Assembly (NCBI GenBank): GCA_009885805.1
Contig: VFJZ01000005.1
Location: forward strand, 74,999-138,998
DNA: 64,000 nt
Source: Actinomycetota bacterium
GTDB taxonomy: Bacteria > Actinomycetota > Thermoleophilia > Gaiellales > F1-60-MAGs149
Direction of reading: 5' to 3'
Shown here one piece after another: positions 32,746 to 42,475 of the stretch (within the stretch, counting starts at the first letter, position 1; the number at the start of each line of letters is the position of its first letter). The translations under genes were made by a program, and so were the position numbers. The notes below the pieces were generated by a model. It was not told the DNA's origin. It made no database searches and saw nothing but the letters and a program-made list of their open reading frames with translations.

Positions 32746-33242
32746 CGGTCGCCGAGGCGATCCGGGGTCGCCGAACGGTGAAGGAGTTCGGCCCGGACGA
32801 GGTGCCGCGTGCGCTCGTCGCGGATCTTCTCGACCTCGCCGTCTACGCCCCCAACCACCACCGGACCGAGCCCTGGCGCTTCGTCGTCGCCGGTCCCGAG
32901 GCGATCCGCGCCCTCGCGGACGCAACCGGCGACGCCAAGCTGCTGCGGTCGAGGACCGCGATCGTGGTGGCGCAGGTGGTTGCCGACGACGCGGTCGTCG
33001 CGCGCGAGGACTTCGCGGCCTGCGCGTGCGCGATCCAGACGCTGATGCTGGCAGCGCGGGCGCTGGGGCTGGCGTCGTACTGGCGGACACCGAGGGCGCT
33101 GCAGACAGCGGCGGCAGCGGACGTCCTCGGACTCGAGGCCGGCACCGATCCGGTTGGCATCGTCCACCTCGGACATCCGGCCGGCCCGTTCCCCACCCCG
33201 CCCGTGCGCGCGGCCGGCACTCGGACGCGCTGGCTGCCGTAG
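32742..33242 (+). CDS. Nitroreductase family flavoprotein
   Basis: The ATG overlaps the upstream stop (ATGA). Sequence: 'AIRGRRTVKEFGPDEVPRALVADLLDLAVYAPNHHRTEPWRFVV...QTLMLAARALGLASYW'. Confidence 0.85.
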   Translation: MTVAEAIRGRRTVKEFGPDEVPRALVADLLDLAVYAPNHHRTEPWRFVVAGPEAIRALADATGDAKLLRSRTAIVVAQVVADDAVVAREDFAACACAIQTLMLAARALGLASYWRTPRALQTAAAADVLGLEAGTDPVGIVHLGHPAGPFPTPPVRAAGTRTRWLP

Positions 33243-33255
33243 ACTTCCGGGTGAG

Positions 33256-33480
33256 ATGGAAGCCTCCGCCACCACCAAGAATGCCAGCGTCTTCATCTGC
33301 AAGGACGGCCATCGCACCGTCGCGCTGTGGTCGACGCCTGACAGCTGCCGCCACGTGCGCGTACGCGCTCAGGGACCCTGCGGCCTGCCGGTCGTGCCGC
33401 TCGGCGACGCGCCGGCCGATGCCAAGGAGAAGATGCTGAATCCACTCAAGGCATCGAAGAAGGCGGCGAAGAAGAAGTGA
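33256..33480 (+). CDS. Small Cys/His-containing protein with a lysine-rich tail
   Basis: 74 aa from the ATG at 33256, 13 nt after the nitroreductase stop: 'FICKDGHRTVALWSTPDSCRHVRVRAQGPCG...KASKKAAKKK'. No family recognised. Confidence 0.5.
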   Translation: MEASATTKNASVFICKDGHRTVALWSTPDSCRHVRVRAQGPCGLPVVPLGDAPADAKEKMLNPLKASKKAAKKK

Positions 33481-33731
33481 GTGCGGCGACGCGCTCGTTC
33501 GGCTGGATGTCCGGCCTCGACGACGCCGAGCGCGGTTCGGTCGCCTACTCCGAGCCCGGGACGATGCTCACCGACGGCGACGACTATCTCGACGCGACGT
33601 CGCCCAAGCGAGGCGCCGTGCGCGCCCTGGAGGGTGAACGCGTGCCGGAGGGCGGCGTCTACGTCTGCCGCAGCGCGGTCGGCGACGCGCTCTTCGACCG
33701 CCTGACGCAGGCCGCGTCGGGCAAGATCTAG
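33477..33731 (+). CDS. Small acidic hypothetical protein
   Basis: 84 aa. The GTG overlaps the upstream stop (GTGA). Composition is protein-like ('FGWMSGLDDAERGSVAYSEPGTMLTDGDDYLD'). No family recognised. Confidence 0.5.
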   Translation: MSAATRSFGWMSGLDDAERGSVAYSEPGTMLTDGDDYLDATSPKRGAVRALEGERVPEGGVYVCRSAVGDALFDRLTQAASGKI

Positions 33732-34774
33732 GCCGCGTTCCCCGCGAGCCAGAGCTCGAGTGTCGCGGTGACGTTCGCGACCGCGTCGAGGTGCGCGATC
33801 TCGCAGCCGTGCGTGTTGTCGGTCGCGATCGCCACGCAGGCAGCCCGGCCGACGCCCCCGTCCGAGTAGGCGCTCGACCCGTCGGACGCATAGCGGTCGA
33901 GCACGACGTGCCGCGGCTCCAGCGAGAGGGAACGGGCGGCGGCCGCGATCTCCTCGGACAACGCGTGATCGAGCGTCGAGCGAACGTCGGCCTCGACCAG
34001 GACCGGGTCGGCGACGGCCGACAGGCCGTACTCGACGGCGGTCGGCGCGACCTCGATGGCGACGAGCCGGTCGATCTCGCTGCGGCGCGCGTAGTAGCGG
34101 GCGCCCATGCAGCCCGTTTCCTCCCGGCTCGTGAAGACGAGGTCGACGTCGCCGGCCGGAGCCGTGAGCCGCTCCGCGAGAAGGAGCAGCACGGCGCAGG
34201 CGATGCGATCGTCGAGGTTCGAGGCGGCGACGAACTCCTGCTCGCTGCCGAGTCGGATGGGGAGGCGCCGGGCGGCGCCGAGCACGGCACGCGTCCCCGG
34301 CCGGACACCGGCGGCGGCCAGGTCCTCGGCCGTCCTCTTCGTCTCGGCCCACACGTCGCGCCAGGAGATACCGCCGGTACCGTCGACCGCTGGCCGCTGC
34401 GGCGATTCCGCCGAGACGTGCCGCGAGCCGAACGAGAGTACCGCGGGAATCGTCCCGCCGTCGACCAGCAGGTCGAGCGGCCCTTCACCCCACACCCAGG
34501 GATGGGCGTCACCGACGGCGACGAGACGGACGCGACCGTCGTCGGAGACGCGCTTGACGATCGCGCCGATCTCATCCTTGTGGGCGGCCAGCGCCGTCGC
34601 TGGACCGTCGCCGCGGCCGGCGATCCGCACGATCCGATTCCCCGCGCCGTCACTGCGCACGCCGAGTGCGGCGAGCCGCCGGTCGAGGTACGCGTCGAAC
34701 TCCTGCTCGGCGCCCGAGGGCGCGCGAAGCGAGAGCAGCTCCGCCAGCAGGGAGAAGGTCGAATCGCGATCCAC
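33728..34774 (-). CDS. M42 family peptidase (glutamyl aminopeptidase / FrvX-like)
   Basis: From the GTG at 34774: 'LLAELLSLRAPSGAEQEF...LAAHKDEIGAIVKRVSDDGRV...ASNLDDRIACAVLL...FTSREETGCMGA'. Confidence 0.85.
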   Translation of the reverse strand: MDRDSTFSLLAELLSLRAPSGAEQEFDAYLDRRLAALGVRSDGAGNRIVRIAGRGDGPATALAAHKDEIGAIVKRVSDDGRVRLVAVGDAHPWVWGEGPLDLLVDGGTIPAVLSFGSRHVSAESPQRPAVDGTGGISWRDVWAETKRTAEDLAAAGVRPGTRAVLGAARRLPIRLGSEQEFVAASNLDDRIACAVLLLLAERLTAPAGDVDLVFTSREETGCMGARYYARRSEIDRLVAIEVAPTAVEYGLSAVADPVLVEADVRSTLDHALSEEIAAAARSLSLEPRHVVLDRYASDGSSAYSDGGVGRAACVAIATDNTHGCEIAHLDAVANVTATLELWLAGNAA

Positions 34775-34804
34775 CCGGCAAGCGTACTCGCGTACCCTGC
34801 GCGA

Positions 34805-35602
34805 GTGCCGCTGACACCGGAGCAGGTGAACTACTCCGCCGAGTTGCTCGCCGAGGCCCGTCACCGCGTCGCGACGATCCCCGCGCTGCCGGCCGCGTGC
34901 CGGCCGGCCGACCTCGCCGACGCCTACGCGATCTGCGACCGGCTCGATGAGATCCTCGGGTGGGAGGTCGCCGGCTGGTACCTGGGCGCGACCAACGTCG
35001 AGATCCAGCGTCTGCTCGGGCTCGACGGTCCGTACATGGCGCGCCTGTACGCGCGGCTCGCGATCGCGAGCCCGGCTCGACTCGACGCCTCGGCCTACCC
35101 GCCGATGGTGCTGGAGTGCGAGTTCGCGTTCCGGCTCGGCCGCGATCTGCCCGCCCGCGACACCCCCTACGACCGGGCGGACGTCGCCGCCGCGATCACG
35201 ACCGTCCACCCGTCGATCGAGGTCGTCGCCGGCCACATCGCCGACTGGACGGAGCAGGACGTCTGGTCCGTGATCGCCGACAACGGCACCGACGGCGCAC
35301 TCGTCTACGGCGAGGGCGTGACCGACTGGCGCACCATCGACCTGCGGGGCGTCGACGTCGTGCTACGGGTGAACGGCGAGATCGTGCGTAAGGGTCGGGG
35401 AGAGGCCGTGCTGGGCGATCCGCTCGATGCCATGGTGTGGCTCGCGAATGCCCGACGAGCCGCCGGAGACGGTCTGCGCGCCGGCATGATCTGCAACACG
35501 GGCACGGCGACGTCGATCTGCCCCGTCGCGGCGGGCGATCGGGCGGAGGCGACGTTCAGCTCGCTCGGCAGCACCGCGCTGACGGTGGTGCTGGAACCCT
35601 GA
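34805..35602 (+). CDS. 2-keto-4-pentenoate hydratase family protein (MhpD/HpcG-like)
   Basis: From the GTG at 34805: 'GWEVAGWYLGATN...LECEFAFRLGRDL...PSIEVV...ADNGTDGALVYGE...VLGDPLDAMVWLANARRAAGDGLRAGMICNTGT'. Confidence 0.8.
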   Translation: MPLTPEQVNYSAELLAEARHRVATIPALPAACRPADLADAYAICDRLDEILGWEVAGWYLGATNVEIQRLLGLDGPYMARLYARLAIASPARLDASAYPPMVLECEFAFRLGRDLPARDTPYDRADVAAAITTVHPSIEVVAGHIADWTEQDVWSVIADNGTDGALVYGEGVTDWRTIDLRGVDVVLRVNGEIVRKGRGEAVLGDPLDAMVWLANARRAAGDGLRAGMICNTGTATSICPVAAGDRAEATFSSLGSTALTVVLEP

Positions 35603-36858
35603 TGCTCCGCCGGGTCGCGGTCGACCTCTCGCCGCTCCGCGACGCGCCAGCGTTCCGCCGCCTCCTCGCCGGCCAGGCGTTCGAGACGATCGCCGGGTTC
35701 ATCGTCTACGTCGCGATCCCGATCCAGGTCTACGACGAGACCCGCTCGACGCTCGCCGTCGGCCTGCTCGGCATCGTCGAGCTCGGCCCGCTCCTGGCGG
35801 CGTCGATCATCGGCGGCGGGATCGCCGACGCCGTCGACCGCGTCCGCGTGATCGTCCGGGTCGAACTCGGCGTCATCGCCGTCGCCGTCGCCCTCGCCGT
35901 CAACGCCTTCACCGGCACGCAGGTGTGGCTCCTCTACGTCCTCGCCGCCGCCTCGACGGGGATCGGGGCGCTCGGCTGGCCGGCCGCCCGGGCGCTGCTC
36001 CCCCGCTATGTGCCGCCGGAAGCGCTCGCGCCGGCCAACGCCCTGAACGGCACCGTCCTCAACTTCGGCGCCGTCGCCGGCCCCGGCCTCGGCGGCGTGC
36101 TCGTCGCGTTCCTCGGCGCCGGGGGTGCCTATCTGATCGCCGCCGCCCTCGCCCTCGCGGCGGTCGCGGCCTTCACGGGCCTGCCGTCCACGCCGCCGCT
36201 CGCAGGCGAGGGTGCGGCCGAGCGGGTGTCGGTCGGATCGATCGTCGCCGGGTTCCGCTACGTCCGCACGCAACCGGTGATCCTCGGCGTCTTCCTCGCC
36301 GACTCGACGGCGATGGTCTTCGGCATGCCACGCGCGCTCTTCCCGGCCTACGCCGACGACCTCGGCGGCGCCGCAACCGCGGTCGGCCTCCTCTACGCGA
36401 TGCCCTACGCAGGCGCCCTGCTTGCGAGCCTCATGAGCGGCTGGACGAACCACGTGGTCCGTCAGGGCCGCTGGGTGAACGGGATGATCGTGCTCTGGGG
36501 TTTCGCAATCGCCGGGTTCGGGCTCCTCGGCAACGTCTGGCTCGCGCTCGCCTGTCTCGCGATCGCCGGTGGCGCCGACACCATCTCGGCGATCTTCCGG
36601 TCCGTCATCGTCCAGCGCGAGACCCCCGACGCGATGCGCGGCCGGGTATCGGGGATGGAGCTGGCGCAGGTCGCCGCGGCGCCGATGATCGGTGACTTCG
36701 AAGCGGGTCTCGTCGCCTCGCTGACGTCCGTGAAGGTGTCGATCGTGTCGGGCGGCGTCGCCTGCGTCGGCGTCATCGCCGCCCTCGCCGTCGTCGTCCC
36801 GGCCCTCGATCGCTATCGCCGGCCCACGGTGGGCCGTTTGCCGACCGATGCTGTTTAA
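35602..36858 (+). CDS. MFS transporter (EntS/MFS_3-like)
   Basis: The ATG at 35602 overlaps the stop by 1 nt (TGATG). Sequence: 'FRRLLAGQAFETIAGFIVYVAIPIQVY...', 12-TM-like. Confidence 0.85.
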   Translation: MLRRVAVDLSPLRDAPAFRRLLAGQAFETIAGFIVYVAIPIQVYDETRSTLAVGLLGIVELGPLLAASIIGGGIADAVDRVRVIVRVELGVIAVAVALAVNAFTGTQVWLLYVLAAASTGIGALGWPAARALLPRYVPPEALAPANALNGTVLNFGAVAGPGLGGVLVAFLGAGGAYLIAAALALAAVAAFTGLPSTPPLAGEGAAERVSVGSIVAGFRYVRTQPVILGVFLADSTAMVFGMPRALFPAYADDLGGAATAVGLLYAMPYAGALLASLMSGWTNHVVRQGRWVNGMIVLWGFAIAGFGLLGNVWLALACLAIAGGADTISAIFRSVIVQRETPDAMRGRVSGMELAQVAAAPMIGDFEAGLVASLTSVKVSIVSGGVACVGVIAALAVVVPALDRYRRPTVGRLPTDAV

Positions 36859-36875
36859 CCCGGAGGGAGGACCAC

Positions 36876-38346
36876 ATGGCACGACGGATCCTGATCGTGC
36901 TCGCAGCGGCGCTGGCGCTGGCGGCCGCGGCCGGCACATCGACCGCGAGCGCCGAACGCGGACACCCCGACCGCGATCGCGGTGAGCGCACGCGACCGAC
37001 GCGCGTCCTGATCGTCGTGTTCGACCAGATGCGGCCGGAGTACGCCGACCGCTTCAACATGGTCAACTTCAAGGCGCTCCGCGACGGCGGCACGAACTTC
37101 AAGAAGGCGTTCCTCGGCCACATGGGCTCGGAGACCGTCATCTCCCACAACGTGATGGTCTCGGGCCAGTCGCCCCGCAACGTGGGCTAAGTCGACGAGG
37201 TCTACCGCGCCGAGCAGAACCTGCTCGGCGCGGCGCCGGCAAGATGCGGGTGACCGGCGGCCTGACGCTGGCGCAATTCGAGATCATCGGCAACGCCGAG
37301 GGCTACCCGAAACTCTCGGACTACCTCCACACCAGGAGCCCGGGCAGCAAGTTCATCGCTGTCGGCGAGAAGTCGCATGCCGTGGAGTCCGTGATCGCCG
37401 GCACCGGCGATAGCGGCGTCCGCATGTCGAGCCGCCGCGCCGCCGCGGGGACGGCAATCGCTTCGTGCCCGGCAACGACCCCGCGCATCTCGCCGGCGAC
37501 GTCTGGGTGGCGGACGCGGCGATGGCGATGATGGAGAAAGAGCCCTGGAGCGGCATGCTCGTCACGCTCGGCGGCATCGACAAGGGTGGCCACATGTGGG
37601 GCGGCGACCAGGACACGGCGACGCCGATCCGGCCGTCGACCCGACCGACGTGCCGTACCTGGCCAAGGTCGCCGACGACCAGCTGGGGCGGATGGTCGCC
37701 AAGCTGCAGGCGCTCGGCCAGCTCGATGACACGCTGATCGTGCTCACCGCCGACCACGGCGTCACCCACGGCGCCGAGTTCTACGGCAACACCGGACCGG
37801 TCGACCAGGGCAACTTCAACTGGTACTACGGCGACAGCGTCAACGACGGGCCGTTCCTGCAGCCGTCGCCGCCCGTCGCGGCCCTGCAGACCGCCCTCGG
37901 CGGCAACATCCCCGTCGCGAAGAAGCAAGAGGCCGCCAAGGCGCTGCGCAGCGCACCCGGCGTGATCGCCACCTACTGGCGGGACGGCGACCGGTACGTG
38001 CTCGACTCGAAGCGGACCGACCGGAAGATGACCCGAGCCGAGCGGCGCTGGTTCAAGAAGAACGCCCGCGCGATCGTGAACTCGATGGCCGCAGACAACG
38101 GCCCGGACGCGGTCGGGCCGTTCGGCGACAACGTCACCTGGAGCGTCTACGGCGACCACGGCGGCCATTCCGAGGAGGCGCAGCGCGTCCCGCTGGTCTT
38201 CTGGAGCGCCGGCATGGCGGACGAGTCCTCATCCACACCGTTTCCGCACCGTCGACATCCTGCCGAGGATCCTGCGCACGATGGGGATCTCCAGGACGCA
38301 TGTGATGGACGGGCGCGCCCGCAAGCTCGACATCGACGACGACTGA
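36876..38346 (+). pseudogene. Alkaline-phosphatase-superfamily (nucleotide pyrophosphatase/phosphodiesterase-like) secreted enzyme, heavily decayed
   Basis: A signal peptide and 'VLIVVFDQMRPEYADRF' are followed by an in-frame TAA at 37188..37190. Family text then continues in alternating frames: 'GYPKLSDYLHTRSPGSKFIAVGEKSHA', 'EKEPWSGMLVTLGGIDKGGHMWGG', 'DDTLIVLTADHGVTHG...GDHGGHSEEAQRVPLVFWSAGM' and 'VDILPRILRTMGISRTHVMDGRARKL...*'. That is at least 4 frameshifts plus 1 nonsense codon. Confidence 0.8.
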
Positions 38347-38373
38347 TCCGACCCGAAGCGACGCCGGGGGCGG

Positions 38374-39021
38374 CTATGGCCGCTCCCGGCGGAGCACCCG
38401 TGGACGGCGCGCCTCGAGCAGGTGCCGCCAGTCGAGGCGAGCGATCACGACAATCGGGACGATCGCGATGACCAGGCCGATCGCGAGCGGCAGAGGGGTG
38501 GCTCGCTCCCGCACGACCCGTTCGATCGAGCTCGCCGCGAAGGCGGCCGTCCCGACCGCCCAGCCGTAGACGAGCAGACGGCCGCTCGCGTAACAGCAGG
38601 CGATCGGCATCAGCCGGAGCCGCAGCGCACCGGCGGTGACGAAGATCGCGAGCGCCGGGTTGACCGGCGAAGCTGAGAGCAGCGCGAGGAACCTCGTCGC
38701 GTGCGAACGCGCACCGACGTACTCGGTGAGGAACTGCACGTTCGCGGCCAGCGCGCCGCGGACGAATCGCAGCGCACCGTGCCGCACGGCGATTGCCAGG
38801 AGCAGCCGACCGATGGTGGCGCCGGCCGCGCCCACCACGACGGCCTCGACATCACCGACGCCGTCCCTGAGCGCGACGACGGCGACGACCGCCGCCGTCG
38901 CGATCGCGGACGGGACGAGGTTGAGGAGAACGCAGATCCCGAGCAGCACCGCGAGCGTGAGCACCGCTGGCACGGTACCCGCGGGGAAGAACGGACGACG
39001 CTCCGACGTTATCCTTCGCAC
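38374..39021 (-). CDS. Integral membrane protein (DedA/VTT-like); start uncertain
   Basis: Hydrophobic text of 215-234 aa. The GTG at 39021 avoids an overlap with the lon start. Family assignment is tentative. Confidence 0.6.
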   Translation of the reverse strand: MRRITSERRPFFPAGTVPAVLTLAVLLGICVLLNLVPSAIATAAVVAVVALRDGVGDVEAVVVGAAGATIGRLLLAIAVRHGALRFVRGALAANVQFLTEYVGARSHATRFLALLSASPVNPALAIFVTAGALRLRLMPIACCYASGRLLVYGWAVGTAAFAASSIERVVRERATPLPLAIGLVIAIVPIVVIARLDWRHLLEARRPRVLRRERP

Positions 39022-39044
39022 ACCTGGTAACAGAAGGAAACTGG

Positions 39045-41353
<2,309 letters not shown>

Positions 41354-41357
<4 letters not shown>

Positions 41358-41716
41358 GCCTCGATCCGAACTGCGTCGGACGGGTCTGCGGCCGCTATCA
41401 CGCGGCCGCAGATCTCCTCTGCAAGCGTTGGTCGGTCAGCGTCGTCGCGGTGCTCATCTCGTCCGAAACGATCCGCTTCAACCAGCTGCGGGACGCCGTG
41501 CCTGGCATCTCGCCGAAACTGCTCGTCGAGCGCCTGCGCGAGCTGGAACGTGCAGGCGTCGTCGAACGCCGGATCACGGCGTCGCATCCGATACTGGTCG
41601 AGTACCGGCTGACGGAGAAGGGGCACGCCCTGCGTGAGATCGTCCACGCGATCCAGGTCTGGGCCGACAGATGGGGCCCGTCCGTGAGGGCAGAGGGCGA
41701 ACGGACGCGCCGGTGA
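41354..41716 (+). CDS. HxlR family transcriptional regulator
   Basis: The GTG overlaps the lon stop (GTGA). Sequence: 'LLCKRWSVSVVAVLISSETIRFNQLRDAVPGISPKLLVERLRELERAGVVERR...VEYRLTEKG'. Confidence 0.85.
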
Positions 41717-42475
41717 CTACATGGAGGCGATCGACTCGACGACCCGGGTCGGCGCGGCGCCGGTCCAGGCTCTGAGTTCGGCCTCGCCCGTCGAGCCGGT
41801 GAGGACGAGCACCGTCTCGATGCCCACCGCGGCGGCGCCGGCAATGTCCGCGTCGAGCCGATCGCCGACCATCACGTAGCGGCCGGCTCCGAGGCGTCGC
41901 CGGGCCTCCTCGAACATCGCCGACTCGGGCTTGCCAGCGCACCGCGCAACCGCGCCGGATCCATACTCGACGGCCGCGATCAGCGTCCCAGCGCCGGGCG
42001 ACGGTCCGTCGGCCGCCGGGAACGTCGCGTCGCGGCTCGATCCGTACAGGACCGCGCCGCCGATGACGGCTCTGATCGACAGCTCCAGTTCGCGGTAGCC
42101 GAAGGAGGGGTCGCCGCCGAGCGACACGACATTGGCCGCGGCACCGTCCTCGACGAGCTCGAGGCCGGCGGATCGGTGAGCGGCCGACCACGCCGGCGAG
42201 CCGAGCGCGAGGACCCGCGCGCCCTGCTGCTCGACCGCGATCAGGCTAGCCGTGGCGTCGGCGCAGGTCACGATCTCCCGCTCGGCCGCGGCGATCCCGA
42301 TCGAGCCGAGGCGGATGACGAAGTCGGCGGCGGACCGGACCGGATCGTTGCTGACGAACGCGAGGCGGACACCTGCGGCGCGGAGGCGGCCGATCGCCTC
42401 GGCAGCCCCGGGCACCACCCGTTCGCCGACGTAGACGGTGCCGTCGAGGTCGAGCAGGACGCGGTCGTACGTCAC
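41717..42475 (-). CDS. HAD-IIA family hydrolase (NagD-like sugar phosphatase)
   Basis: 'VLLDLDGTVYVGERVVPGAAEAI...AFVSND...MVGDRLDADIAGA'. Confidence 0.85.
   Translation of the reverse strand: MTYDRVLLDLDGTVYVGERVVPGAAEAIGRLRAAGVRLAFVSNDPVRSAADFVIRLGSIGIAAAEREIVTCADATASLIAVEQQGARVLALGSPAWSAAHRSAGLELVEDGAAANVVSLGGDPSFGYRELELSIRAVIGGAVLYGSSRDATFPAADGPSPGAGTLIAAVEYGSGAVARCAGKPESAMFEEARRRLGAGRYVMVGDRLDADIAGAAAVGIETVLVLTGSTGEAELRAWTGAAPTRVVESIASM

Noticed and set aside
29995-33731. Calling the operon a conventional methylamine dehydrogenase (mau) cluster
   Set aside because: No MauB-type ~400-aa 7-bladed heavy subunit, MauG di-haem peroxidase or amicyanin gene is present in or near the operon. 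The small subunit is also much more divergent than true MauA. I annotated it as MauA-like only.
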